Assembly: GCA_051942245.1 (NCBI GenBank)
Contig: JAVECL010000081.1
Location: 1 to 58,563 of the forward strand
DNA from: Trypethelium eluteriae
Lineage: Eukaryota
DNA: 58,563 nucleotides
Direction of reading: 5' to 3'
Shown here one piece after another: positions 25,139 through 37,377 of the stretch. Position numbers and translations under genes: made by a program. Position 1 is the first letter of the stretch, and each line of letters opens with the position of its first letter. Below the pieces are notes generated by a model. The model was not told the origin of the DNA. It saw nothing but the letters and a program-made list of their open reading frames with translations, and did no database searches.

Positions 25139-26348
25139 ATGGCAAATGATGCAAGTCCAGAGGCACTGATCTCTAATTTTAAATATGAGCGCCTACTCAA
25201 CCAAGGTAGCTCTGACACTCGTGATTTCGTCGATCTGTCCGAATGCTCATGAATTGATACTGCGACAGACAACTCTGGCTGTCGAATTATACTTTTAGGA
25301 AGAATTGGGTCAGATCAGGCTCTGTTGATAGCAGAACGTGCTGCTTTCTCTGATAGCGAAAATCACCTTGCTCAGTTCGCATCTTCGCTTCGTAACGTAA
25401 GAGGAATTGGGAATAATGATATCTATAAGTAGGAGCTTTTTATCAATCTCGTGAAGTCTTATCATCTACTCATGGGCAATTGCAGCTGGCTTCTCGCATG
25501 CTCTGACTCATCAACTTCTGAGACGCAACCCCCGGATTTGAAGCTCACATTCATCTCTCCTTGCACCGAAAAGCATATCAAAAAGTACACCCCTCAAGGT
25601 GTTCGACTTGTGACAGAAACCCCTGTCATATATCACAAGTATATTCGACCATACATGATACAGCAGCGCAACCGTCTCACATGGGTATTCAACATCATTG
25701 AAGGCCGCAGTGAGCAGGATAGTGTGCTGTACCGTGAGCATGGAGAAGAAGGGTTTCTGGTAACCCCCGATCTGTATGTTGCCTGCCAGTCAAGCGTCGG
25801 CTCTGTAGATGGTGCTGACTAAGTGGGCAGGAATTGGGATGGCAAGACAATGTTCAGTCTGCATCTCCTCGGTCTGGTGGAGCGTCGTGACATCTGGTCG
25901 GTCCGAGATCTGCGCAAGCAGCATGTTCTGTGGTTGAAACACATGCGTGATAAGTTCTTGGATGCTGCAGTCAAACTGTACCCTGACATTGAACGAGACC
26001 AACTGAAGCTATATATGCATTGTACGTTCGGCCAGTCCTCACATCTTCCCACCGACCTGATTTTCTTGTGACGGTTTGAATTCAAACGAGACTGACGCTC
26101 TCCCAGACCAGCCAACCTACTACCACTTTCATGTTCACATTGTTCATGTCCGACTGGAACAAGGTATGACGCAGGCGACGGGCAAGGCTTTGGGTTTAGA
26201 GCACATCATCAGTCAACTGGAAACGATGGTTGGAGATGATCAGGCAGGTATGGCGGACGTAAGCCTCACGTATACAGTAGGAGAGGCGAGCGAGTTATGG
26301 ACGGAAATCTTTTTGCCGCTGAAGCAAGGCAAAGGCGTTGTGGTCTAG
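25139..26348 (+). CDS. DCS1: m7GpppX diphosphatase (scavenger decapping enzyme DcpS), multi-exon
   Basis: FKYERLLNQ, NDIY, CTEKHIKKY, VTETP, WVFNIIEG..E, RRDIWSVRDL, QPTYYHFHVHIVH (HIT motif). Confidence 0.93.
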
Positions 26349-27338
26349 GGCCGGAAATGGCTATCCAAGACATGCAAGACCTGAAAGTGGCCGACAACTT
26401 GGTGGGAAGAGACGCCCACATAACATTCGTTTATACGAGAGGGCTCTGACACGGCTGCCCATTGCTGTACCAAGCCTGTGTTCCATTTTGAAATCTTGCG
26501 AAACCACGCATCGCCGCGCAACCATTTCTGCGACCGGTACGGACGGCGGACGAGCCTAACAAGAGCTTAGAGAGGCTTTGCTGGACATGGAGACTCAGGA
26601 GGAGTGGCACAAGCGCTCTCTGTGACTGTCAAGCCGACGTTTCTAATTTTGGATTTATCGCAACCTCATCCAATATGTACACGTACCTTATCCTCCTGTC
26701 TAATGCTGTCACGTTATCGTTGTCCCTTTGATGGCTTTCGTTGCGTCCTTGGGCAGGCGGCTTGTCTGATTGACTAGAGCAACCGTGTATACGGCAAAAC
26801 AAGCTCCTTCAACTGAGCCAAAGGCAGAAAGCTAGTGGCTGGGAGTTCCGACAAACCCACTAGCTGATATTCAGCCTCTGGGCTCACGGAACCCTCAGGC
26901 ACTCTGCCTTACACGGTCGGAAGGAAGACTCGTTGGATATGAGAGTACCGAAGTCAGGCAAAGAGCGGTCGTGCGGAAAGGGACCTTCGATAAGACTGCA
27001 GGATTGAGCCACCTCCTTACCATATGCCAAGCAGCTGCGTCGGAAATGATCCCGGCTTCTACAGCTGTGAATCCAAACGTGAGACGATAGGTGGCGTAGG
27101 GTTGAATGCCTTGTGCAGCGACACAGGGTTTGACTCAAGGTGAACTCTTGACAGCATACATGCTAACGCCTCTTTCTGTTGAACCAAAGAGACGAACGTC
27201 TTTGAGATTGAGTAATGCGTCACATATCGATACGTCCACCGAGCCACCACTGAGCCACACCGCGCTGCCAGCACATCTAATTGATATTAATAGGCAAGTT
27301 TGCCGCATTTTTACGTTGGATATGACAACGACTTCAAC

Positions 27339-28520
27339 ATGACACTTGACCCCGAAAACTCGAGCACTACCGCCAGCAATACCTTCGGCAGATTCGTAGT
27401 CTCTACCGCCATCAATGCCATCCTCTCGAGTACTACCGTCCCCACACGCCTGCTCCGTGTAAATCTCGGTCCTTTGACAACAACTTTTACCCCGCCGGTG
27501 TCGTGTTCGCCTATGATACTTTACTCGAGTACCATAAGTGGCGACCTATCTGCTTTTTTAGCTCAAACCTGCATCGATGATGGTTTTAACATCCAAGATA
27601 ATCCATCGTGTTGGCCAAACCCCAGTGACGGTATCTATGGGCCCGCTCCGCTGACTGGCTACGGCATTTATTCCCCTGGGTATATCTGTCCTGCCGGCTA
27701 CACCAGCGCCTGCTGGCAGAATGCAAATGCAGCTCCAGGTCAGAGCACCACCATGGAAAGTTTCCAGTTCCAATATCCGCCAGGTCCTGCTGAAAATGTA
27801 GTAGGATGCTGTCCGACGTAAGTCTTCTCACGGCTTATCGCTCCTGCCTTCCTTCTTATCTCAGTATCAGTATCTGAACCTCTGATCAGCAGCTTCTCTT
27901 GTGGCATCGATAATATATATGAGAACAAACCAGACTTGTACTTCCAGACTTGCATTGCAGTGCCGACCTCCACTACATTTGCAGCGGCATTGTGCAATAA
28001 AAATGAAACTGAAGATTCTACTTCCTCAGTAACCTCGCTTACTGTGTCTTTCCCAGCGCCAAACTTAAGCATGCTATCTATGTGGGCTCCGCTCGTGCAG
28101 CTAGTATACCAGGAGAGTGACCTTTCAGGGTTTCTCATGCCCAGTCTACCAAAATCGAGCTCGGTTCCGCCGAAGGTTCATCGTAGGTGCGCAGGCGTAA
28201 TCGTAGGTATTGTGATCGGTGCCCTGACGTTAATTGTCTTCATGTTCGCACTTGTTTGGTTTCTACTCTTACGGAGACAGCGGCAAATGAAGCGGGGCAA
28301 TCCCAATGGCGATTCTGCCGCAGTACCGGATTGGCTGAAGGCGGAATTACCAGGCCAAGCCAAACAGTTGTACGAAGCAGGTGGGAAAAATATAGGGAGG
28401 GAACTCCCTACAGGAACGACGTGCCTTACACAGGAGCTCGAGGTACCGGAAGTGGAGGGAACTTCAGACAGAAACGACAATTCTTGCGCAGGAACTCGAG
28501 GCGTCGGATATAATACATGA
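27339..28520 (+). CDS. Single-pass membrane protein with Cys/Ser/Thr-rich ectodomain (Mid2-like architecture); intron after 27817; start uncertain
   Basis: NLGPLTTTFTPP.SC, SCWP, YSPGYICPAGYTSAC, CCP; TM VIVGIVIGALTLIVFMFALVWFLLL followed by RR; cytosolic KAELP/ELP motifs. Confidence 0.75.
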
Positions 28521-29441
28521 GTTGCACAATGACCCAGCATCACAGGCACTACCAGCAGAGCTCGAGCAGGATCGTCGGATGTCTGGAAATGGTCGACTCG
28601 AGAAGCGTAACGCCAAGTCTGTACGATCTCCAGCTTGCGGAGGGATTACAGAGGCCAAACAGACCAGGATGAGGAGACTAGGACAAATATAGCGATATAT
28701 ATTTGATGGTCTTTGTTGGTGTCGATGACAGATAGAAGACTGATGGAGTTGAAGATGGTTAATTGGCAACTGTAAGATATCCAACTGTGGGCAATAGACC
28801 AGTCCGGCTTCGTTGATACTCAAGACAGCGCAGCAAATACTACTCAGGTTCATGACACAGATTTTGTCGTATTTGGTGAAAGGGATGGAATAATATCGGG
28901 GATGTCCGTTCGTTTTAGACCCCAGCGCCGAAGTAGTGAGGATAACCTCGTCGACCTCTGCTCATCGATAAAGGATGACCCCTGACCCTGATCCTCCGCG
29001 ATTTCTCTCGTTACCTTCGTGGTCAGGACTACGAAGGCACTGAGAGAAAAGTTCACATAAGATCTTGGAGGACTTGTACGATGATGTGTACGGATGCGTG
29101 TTCAAGTGTACCTGCTGCCGGGAGGACAGGAAGAGCGTGATGTCACGCCTGACCTCAGCGTGTCACGCAGGTGACCCGTTGCTGAGGTCGGCATCCTTTC
29201 CGGGAGAAACATCATCGATCTTGCACTCATCGGTCAATATGGCAAAAGAACATAGGCTGTAAACATATCCATGATTTCCGCTATGGAACGATACTTGGCT
29301 GGGTGTCGCGTATGCGCGCAATCTTTGGGGGGCGGTGTAGGAGGCGGAGACACTCGGAACGGTTTACCGTTTTTCCGGATTCATCATGTGGTACTGTAAC
29401 AATTCAGCGCGTACGGAGTATGCTCCTGTCACTCTTCTTCA

Positions 29442-29575
29442 CCTGCCTCTGTACCTCCTGCGCGTGAAGCTGTTCCCACCGATGCCAACTAGGGGAACCT
29501 CTCATCTCATTCCATTGAGGGTTTCACTGCCCCAGCTGCTGCCCGAGCTACTGTCCTGCCTCCTGCCCCGCCTGC
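29442..29575 (-). repeat. Left arm of a ~135-bp imperfect inverted repeat
   Basis: 29455-29480 is the exact 26-bp reverse complement of 30277-30302 (GGTGGGAACAGCTTCACGCGCAGGAG); flanks align with indels. Confidence 0.9.
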
Positions 29576-30190
29576 TGCTCTGGCTACTGATTTATCTTCT
29601 TCATCGTATGTCCAGGGATCATCTGGATCGAATGTTTCATCATCTGAACTTGCTGCTGAATTGCTGCTGCGCCACGTAAAGGATAGGTGAATTTGCTGCT
29701 GCCCCAGCTACTGTCATCCTTCCCTCAGCCATAGCGGCTGCAGCCTCATCCACGGCAGCATCGAATCCCTTTCGTTGTATCCATGAATCCTGAATGTATT
29801 GATTCCCACCTCCACAAGCAATGGTATTCTCAACATGAATAGGGATTCGATTAATCCACCTCTGGATCTCTGTCTGGCATCGGGCGCTCCAAGCAGCATC
29901 TATTTTCTCATGCCTATACCTATCTCAACGGACTCTTGCTTAATTATCCTCAATAACCTTGGGTGCATCTTTCCCTGGTCGACCAGTTCGTTGAACATCT
30001 TCAACGTATTCATCTTTGATAGCAAGTGGACGAATGTTCGGGTCAAATCCTCGCGAACAAGCTTTCTTGTAGATATTCGTAACTGTACGATTTGGGACAC
30101 CTGTCGTTTGAGAAACCTGCGTATTCGAGTATCCAAGGGCTCTGAGAGTAATGACAGCACCTCGTGTCGCTAGGTCATACATGTTCGCGA

Positions 30191-30326
30191 GCCGGTGGGG
30201 CGGCAGGTAGAACACCAGAAAGAGCAGTAGCTAGGGCATTGAAGAAATCCAATGAATGAGCTGAGAAGTTTCCCTAGGTGGGAACAGCTTCACGCGCAGG
30301 AGATGCAGATGCAGGTGCAGAGGCAG
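30191..30326 (+). repeat. Right arm of the inverted repeat
   Basis: GAGCAGTAGCTAGGGCATTGAA here versus GGGCAGCAGCTGGGGCAGTGAA in the reverse-complemented left arm, plus the exact 26-bp core. Confidence 0.9.
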
Positions 30327-30803
30327 ACGCGGAGGTGCGGAAGGACGGGAGAATCACAGGGACTCTGCGGAAAGTAGCAGGGGGGCTATGCGCTAAAGTT
30401 TGGCGCGTATTTATGTTTGAAGGGCATCTCCTTACATAGGCTGGACTGTAAATTAACCTCCTGCTTTTGTACCTAGACGTGCACAAGACAACTTAGACGA
30501 TACCCGCTGGACTACTTCTGTCTGGGCCTTACACGTTACTCCCGGATGCGTGATGTGTTACAGGCATATCGAGGCGCTCGAATCGTCTGTGCCTTGATCA
30601 CAAGGTCTCGTGTGCACAGGGACTGGAGCAACGTACAGGAGACCGAGTAAAATTGAGTAACGATCCAATAGCAATGTCTCGGCGGAAGGCTGTAAGGCTG
30701 TGAGGCTTTCCTACAAAATTTCTTTCTTTCTCTACAATGTTGTCATGAGCATGGCAGTATTTCTCTTATCTATATCACTTACTGATCGTTAAAAACTTAT
30801 ACA

Positions 30804-32762
30804 ATGAAAGGCGTTTTTTGTATCTTTCTTGCCCTCATACAGGTCTGCGCCGGCTCTGACGCCCCGTGTGGGTCTATACCCGGCATCAAGTTTGAGAAGC
30901 GTGACGATGCATTGCCGACCTTGACTTTGCCTTATGGAACTTATCAAGCAACTAACTATGACTCGAACTCTGACATTTACACATGGAAGAACATTCGCTT
31001 TGCCGCTTCACCTACAGGATCTCTCCGGTGGATGCCTCCTGCCTCACCCACGAAGAACGATACCTTGCAGGATGGCTTGTATGGCCCATCCTGCGTGCAG
31101 GCTTTTCCGAATAAGGGAATGAACTTCCTCGGTCCTGGTGCTGAGAGCCCCATCGGTGGCGCCGCAAATCAGTTCCTTGGAGGTATACCTGCGAGTGTGC
31201 TTCATTTTGGCGATGAGGATTGTCTGTTCCTAGACTTGGTTGTTCCTGGAAAGGCAGTGAGAAACCCGAGCGGCGAGTCTCTACCGGTAGTGGTCTGGAT
31301 TTATGGTAAGAGCTGAGATGTCTTTGCGCTTTTACGGAACTAATTATCGACTTTTAGGTGGAGCGTATCTGTTTGGATCTAAGGAACAAGTGCCGGATAT
31401 GTTCTATTATGGAGGCGGTTTAGTGGACCAGTCAGGAGGCAGTATCATCTATGTTGCAGGAAACTACAGGTTAGGAGCCTATGGCTGGCTTGCGGGCACC
31501 ACCATGGAACAGCAGGGTACTCCGAACGTCGGCCTTCAGGATCAGAGGGCTGTTTTTCAGTGGGTTCAAGACTATGCCCATCTTTTCGGCGGGGACAAAA
31601 GCCAAGTCTCTGCTTGGGGTGAGTCTGCGGGGGCTGGCAGTATTCTGCATCACTTGATATCTAATGGCGGTACACAAGATCCAGTGAGTTTTTCTATCTG
31701 TGATCATACTTCTCCTTTACTAAGGATAGACAGCTATTCTCGAAAGCCATAGTGCAAAGCCCAGCCTTCGAGATCATGTTCGATCGCAGGGGTAAACTTC
31801 AGGATTCTTACGAAATCTTCGCGAAAAGTGCAGGTTGCTCAGACCAGAGCCTCGAGTGTCTCCGCAACGCGGATGCCTCGATCCTCTCAACCGCTAACCA
31901 GGCTCTTCAAGATACTGCCCCGGACGGTGGATTTGCCCTTGGACCATCTGCAGACGGCAAACTAGTGCGTCAGCTTGCCGCACTGGAGTATGCGTCTGGC
32001 AACTATTGGAAGGCTATTGACAGTCTCATCATCTCCCACGTTGCAGACGAAGCGGAGCTCTTCGTAGATGGCAGCATTTCGACCGATACCGAGTTCTCCT
32101 CCTTTCTCGGCTCCATCTTTCCCAACTATACCACTGTAACTGGCATTAACAACGTCATCGAAGCTCGCTACCCCAGCATCTCCACCCCAGGTTCCAACTA
32201 CACCACCATCACTGACCGAGTCAAAGCCTTCGTCCGCGACAGCTCCTTCACAACAAACACCCGCTTCATGACCGACGCTTACGCCGGAAAGACATACAAC
32301 ATGCAATACAGCGTCACCCCCGGCTGGCACGCGACCGACCTCATCCCCCTCTTCCTCAACCCCTACATCGACATCGACACCCTCAACGGCACCCTCCCCG
32401 TCCCCGTCCTCCCCATCATCGGCTCCTTCGCACAAGCCTACCAATCCTACTTCACCTCGCACGCGCGCACCGGCGACCCGAACATGTACGCCGCGCTGCT
32501 GAATATTCCGCCTGCGATTTCGTGGGGGAAAGTCGGGAGTGCGAGCGCGGAGTACTATACGGATGTGCTGGATGCGGGGGACTTCGGGTTCTCGAATACG
32601 ACGGATACGCAGAATCCGAAGAGTGAGGCGGACTTTTGGGTGCAGGTGCAGGCGGCGGTGACGAATGCGGGGGGGTATGCTCCCCCTGGGGCGGTAGTTC
32701 AGCAGGATCTGGTGGCATTGAATGGGAGTGAAAGTGTGAGGTATGAGACCCCGAGCTCGTGA
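30804..32762 (+). CDS. Secreted type-B carboxylesterase/lipase; exons 30804-31305, 31358-31683, 31734-32762
   Basis: Signal peptide, NIRFA, EDCLFLD, PVVVWIYGGAY, NYRLG, NVGLQDQ, catalytic GESAG, GWHATD. Confidence 0.95.
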
Positions 32763-32990
32763 GCTGCGGCAAGTGGTAGTGTGGTCGATTCATCTATTCA
32801 TATCTTGCACGTTGGAATCTGGGCTATGTGGAAGATATCATAATTGGACTCGCTTGGAGTTTTCTACTAGCATCTTAGGCGTTGAAGGTCTGGCTATGTA
32901 GAGGATAGATATCATAATGACTGCACTCATTCTCTACCACCGTATGAGCATCTTTGAAGTTGACCCAAGCCACACTAGCTTCAGTGGAAA

Positions 32991-33596
32991 CTAGACCAAG
33001 ACCATGCCAGCGACGGCCATTCCTCCAATCACAGCTGCAGCCATACCCTTCCCTTGCCCAATTGCTCCTGCCTCATTCTGCGGTGGAGCGGTCGACGAAG
33101 GATTGCTTGAACTCGAGGATGAAGTTTGGGCGTTAGAGACCGTAGTATCCGTGGAAGTGCTAGAAGAAGCCGACGCCGAAGAGCTGGTAGACCCAGTCGA
33201 AGAGGGCGGAGAGGGGGCACTGCTAGAGCTAGATCCAGAGACCGGTGCAGAGGACGATGGAGGTGGACTTGGAGTGGCTGGCGTAGGGACAGGTGGAGCG
33301 GGGGCGTCGGTGGAAATGGTAGCACTCGAATCGGTCGTGGGGACGTTGCCACTGGGATCGGTCGTGGGGACGTTGGCGCTAGGATTGGTCGTGGGAACGT
33401 TGACACTGGGGTTGGTCGTGGGGACATTGGCACTGGGGTTGGTTGTGGGTACGTTCGCCGGAGCGGTCGCAGTGAGGGAGGCAGAGGTTACAGCAGAGCT
33501 GCCACTGGGAGCTTGAGGGGCTGGAGACGCGTAGGAAGGAAGGGAAAGAAGAGGGTTGAGAAGGATGAGGAATGTGAGAAAATGAGATTGGAACAT
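32991..33596 (-). CDS. Ser/Thr/Pro-rich secreted, probably GPI-anchored cell-wall protein with five 9-aa repeats
   Basis: Signal peptide, (NVPTT[N/D]PS[A/V/G]) repeats, hydrophobic C-terminus after NEAG. Confidence 0.8.
   Translation of the reverse strand: MFQSHFLTFLILLNPLLSLPSYASPAPQAPSGSSAVTSASLTATAPANVPTTNPSANVPTTNPSVNVPTTNPSANVPTTDPSGNVPTTDSSATISTDAPAPPVPTPATPSPPPSSSAPVSGSSSSSAPSPPSSTGSTSSSASASSSTSTDTTVSNAQTSSSSSSNPSSTAPPQNEAGAIGQGKGMAAAVIGGMAVAGMVLV
33327..33456 (-). repeat. 27-bp coding minisatellite, about 5 copies
   Basis: GGTCGTGGG(G/A)AC(G/A)TTG recurs every 27 bp on the plus strand. Confidence 0.85.
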
Positions 33597-35004
33597 TATG
33601 AAGTATCTTGGTGTGAGGAGGACGATAGAGTTGAATTGCGATTTGGGGATAGAATTGTACGGAGGAAAGAGGGAAATCTCTGAGATGGTCGATTGCCCGT
33701 GAGAATTTCACTGGATCAAGGAATGAGACATTGTGTGCTCTCGCCGAACTTTATATTCATATCTTCTCAAAAGGCGAAGCAAATCAAATCAGGCAGGGTG
33801 CCACTTTACGGTTTTTGCAAATGCTGACATGTAGGCCTGATCTCTGCTTTGGGAGGGGCGGAGCCCAGAGGTAGGAGCTTGAAGGGTGTATCCTAACGGA
33901 TCAGTGGGCTGTAACAGGAGGCCTGAGGAGCTCAGCTGCTAGAAGGTGGAATCCAGCCTGTAAATCTCTATAGGCAGGCGTGCATTATCCTCCATCATGT
34001 CGATCAAATTTCCAAAATTATCAAAAGTTGGGCATACGCCGCAAACCGTGGCCATATCCCTCAACCAGTCAAGTTGCTCCTTCGGTCGTTTTGATTATCC
34101 ATATCTATGCTCACAGAGGTGGGCTTGCGCGTCGATCCTTCGATCTTGAAACACGAGCTTTTGGAGGATTGAAGGCAAAAAGTTAGCTCCCACGGGGTTG
34201 TTTCGTTTCGCGACGCGGGAGAAGAACTTACACTTGAGGCCTGGGTTAGCCGCAGCAAGATGTTTTCCTCGAAACAAGACGTCGTATATCCTATGTGATG
34301 GCATTCTGTCCATCTGTGAGCGCGCAGATATTGAGGCAGATTGCACAGTGGCCGCGATTGTACCAGGTTGCGTAGAACTCCTTTACGGTAGTGAGCAGAC
34401 GCAATCCGCAAAGCGATACAAGCAGATATATGCGTACCCCGTACCTGCTTGTCACTCGTCTCTCATTCCCAGTCGCTCAAGGCGTTTCATCGCATCAATC
34501 CTGTTTGACACTGTCTCCGCCATTACTTGGCAATCGGGATGATCGAAGCCCGATTACTCTACGGAACAATGCAGTCTTGCGGCTGAGTCCGAGCGTGCGG
34601 CACAGCAGCGGCTATGCAGATTACGGACTACTCTAAAGCCCCTGTGCTAATTAAACTCTTCCGCTTGAAGTCTTTTCAGCTTGTTTAGCGGGCCAATGAG
34701 TTCATACATGATGAACGCACTCATCTGTTGAAACGTCCATCGCCAGCTCGATGAGGTGGTTAGACGTACGGCACAGAATCAACTGTCTACTATGCGTGCC
34801 TCATTGGTGGACGCATTCGCTGGGAGAGTGGGTCTATATCATCAATTACAGGACTGAAACACAATTTCTCTCGTAAAAGCCGTGTTGAAATAGTAAGTGC
34901 TTTTCTCTGCCATTTCTTCGACACCTCGCGCATCTTTCGAAAATCGTAGGATCAGCCTCATCCCTGTCTGCCTTCATGCCATTTGAAGGATCTTGTCAGA
35001 AGGG

Positions 35005-37377
35005 ATGAGCGACAATCTTGAAAATGATACAGCAGTTGTTGCACTGATCATAGCTTTCGTAGCGTTCTGCGTCTCTTTCTGGCAACTTCTACAAGCCTAC
35101 GCTGGTACCGCAGAGGGTTTCAGACGGTGCCAATCTTCGGTCATTGGACCGTGGGCTATTGCAACTCGGCGAAGCTTTCGATGGGGTGAATTCCGATTTG
35201 AGACAAAATTCACAACGCCTCACATTATCCTTCAGAAGCTTGCTACTGCGCCGGCCAATCCCAAGCCAAAGAGAGACACTAGTGGGCTATGTTATCCTAT
35301 TGCGGACGCTGGATCGAATCATTGCCGCAGGATCCTCAAGCGGAGATCAAGGCTCTGGCTGTTCTACAAGGCCTTTTCCTACAGAGATCCACTTGACGAC
35401 TTTGCCACACATGGCAACGCATGTCAGTGCGTTTACGTAGGCAAATCTAGCTCTGAAATAATTGAAGGCGAGCTGAAGCATGATCACCTGCCAGTTGCGT
35501 ATGCAAGAGGGAAGGAAGCCTCCAAAAAGAAACATGCAGTCAAACATCTTCTATCATGGACTCATAGGCTTCGTTCTGTGACAGATCCGTTCAATTCGAA
35601 CTCATCTTCCAAGGACTTTGTATCTTGGGCTCCACTTATCTCACAAATGAAGTTACGTCAGCATTGCTACGCGCAAGACATTCCTGGTACCGTTCTCGTG
35701 GAAGAATCGGACGAGGAAGATATGGATCATCCAGGGCGGGATGACAAGAACCTGAGGACCTTCTTCGCCGTCAAACTTGAGCAATACTCCTGGGATTTTA
35801 TGGTACCAGATGTAGTGCGGCCTCTAGCTACAATCAGCATGAGAGCTCTGGTCATTTCAGTTGTACGTCTCGGAATGCGCTTCCAAGAATTCGATTTGGG
35901 CAAAGGTGTGATCCGTGCTGAGGGAAATGGACAGAGCATTGCGTCGTATGAAGTTCGCGGTATGGGAATGGTAGTTCGCTACCATAACAACCGGAGGGCA
36001 GGGGTGAACGCAGATGATGCGCTATTCAGACCCAAAATGGCGCCGAGCGAGGCGGCCGATAAGCTGATCTTTGGAATCATCCCTGGGGGTAGCAAAAGAC
36101 GTGATCTGGCCCTGATTGATGACGACGACGGAATGAGACTATCTGAGCGATCTCTAATGACGATTGGCCTCCACCGGAACCATCGTCAAAGACTGTTTAA
36201 AACCGAAATTCAGGGCTGTCCATGGGGCTCAAATATAGTCCAGATGGCATTGACTGACCTGACTGCTCTGTGGTCGCCCTATATTCCAGTTCTGAAGGCT
36301 GAAACGGCCCGCGTCTGTCACCCATTGAGACTGGGCCCCGTAGTGAGTCCATTTTTGACTTGGGAGGGCCGTCAAGTCCTGAAACACCGCCTGCAAATGT
36401 CAAAGCGTTCGAGGGTAATGCACGAAGTATATGAAAAGCTTGACTTCCTTGAAAACTTTTTCTTATACGACTATTACGCCTCTTGGGACGATGCCCTTAT
36501 GCCCGAGTGGGACGATAACAGCAGGGCCCCAGACCGGCTCGGCATCGCCCATTTTTTCTCACAGTTTCGGGAAAAGAAAGAGATATGGAGTAATATGACC
36601 AGAGATATAGACGGGATAGAAAGCAATGAAGTCATCGAGAATGATGCTTTAAACTTCGATCTTGGTTCAGAAGACAAGGAAGCATATTTTATCCGGGGCA
36701 GGACTCGATTTCTTGCCATATTAAATGGCTTCTGGCATTGGACCGAGACATACTTCACAAAGAAAAAGACCATACTGGGCACTGGCTTCGATGATGGTGG
36801 CAGGAAGACCCCTTTTCTGCCTCAACGGCAGGACTTCTTCAAGGACATGGTTATCCGCCATGTGATTCTGGCAAACTCTGCCGTTGATCTAGCGGCAGAG
36901 CGGCAACTCAAGCAAGGTGTGAAGCGAGAAGACTGGGCAAGCTTCCACAGAGGAGAGGCTGACGAAAATAGCGAGCGAGTAAAAGAGTTTCGAGAATGGG
37001 GCTGGAGAAATGACAAAGGCATTCCCAAAATAGATGCATATTGTTGGCCATATATGGTTTCGACCGCTCATCTTTATGTCGATAATTTAGAAGAGCACTT
37101 GATCAATCCGATGTGGCAGAAGTACCGAAAATACAAAGGTGCTGAGAGGAGAGCATCTATCATAAGTGAGACTGTGGCGAGCGTGAGCACTATGAGGGAT
37201 CTTCAGGGGGTGGAAGTACTGAGGATTCCCGAGGAAGAGCGAGAAGAGATTGAGGAAGCATGGTGGGTCCTAGCTTTCCGTGGGACTATTTGGTTTATGT
37301 CTATCAGGATGACGTTGGGGCATCGACCTTTTAGTGCGGCCTTGTACGAGAGTGACACTCCGGTGTGGATATCTTGA
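35005..37377 (+). CDS. Modin-like protein (Podospora MOD-A-like family), N-terminal TM
   Basis: VALIIAFVAF...QLLQAY..TAEGFRRC...VIGPW...RR.FRW.EFRFET.FTTP; VSW; SWDFM.PDVVRPLAT...LGM......RAEGNG; C-terminal AWWVL.FRG..W. Confidence 0.6.
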   Translation: MSDNLENDTAVVALIIAFVAFCVSFWQLLQAYAGTAEGFRRCQSSVIGPWAIATRRSFRWGEFRFETKFTTPHIILQKLATAPANPKPKRDTSGLCYPIADAGSNHCRRILKRRSRLWLFYKAFSYRDPLDDFATHGNACQCVYVGKSSSEIIEGELKHDHLPVAYARGKEASKKKHAVKHLLSWTHRLRSVTDPFNSNSSSKDFVSWAPLISQMKLRQHCYAQDIPGTVLVEESDEEDMDHPGRDDKNLRTFFAVKLEQYSWDFMVPDVVRPLATISMRALVISVVRLGMRFQEFDLGKGVIRAEGNGQSIASYEVRGMGMVVRYHNNRRAGVNADDALFRPKMAPSEAADKLIFGIIPGGSKRRDLALIDDDDGMRLSERSLMTIGLHRNHRQRLFKTEIQGCPWGSNIVQMALTDLTALWSPYIPVLKAETARVCHPLRLGPVVSPFLTWEGRQVLKHRLQMSKRSRVMHEVYEKLDFLENFFLYDYYASWDDALMPEWDDNSRAPDRLGIAHFFSQFREKKEIWSNMTRDIDGIESNEVIENDALNFDLGSEDKEAYFIRGRTRFLAILNGFWHWTETYFTKKKTILGTGFDDGGRKTPFLPQRQDFFKDMVIRHVILANSAVDLAAERQLKQGVKREDWASFHRGEADENSERVKEFREWGWRNDKGIPKIDAYCWPYMVSTAHLYVDNLEEHLINPMWQKYRKYKGAERRASIISETVASVSTMRDLQGVEVLRIPEEEREEIEEAWWVLAFRGTIWFMSIRMTLGHRPFSAALYESDTPVWIS

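Larger units (their letters stand above)
29442..30326 (-). mobile_element. Degenerate, internally deleted Tc1/mariner-like element
   Basis: HTH region (ATG 30182: MYDLATRGAVITLRALG...TGV..RTV.NIYKKACSRGFDP...YVEDVQRTGRP) runs through two stops into a transposase-like C-terminus (AW...Q.EIQRWINRIPIHVE..IACGGGNQY); flanked by inverted repeats. Confidence 0.8.

Noticed and set aside
26829..26864. Hairpin AGCTAGTGG...CCACTAGCT
   Set aside because: A single 9-bp stem with no ncRNA or transposon hallmarks; plausible by chance.
30440..30450. CTGGACTGTA as the canonical Tc1 terminus (TA-CAGT)
   Set aside because: No matching TA-flanked TACAGTCCAG was found on the left side, so the termini remain undefined.
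32991..33596. Repeat protein as RiPP precursor for the HxxHC enzyme
   Set aside because: No dibasic sites between repeats, no aromatic core residues, a GPI-like tail, and 9 kb away.
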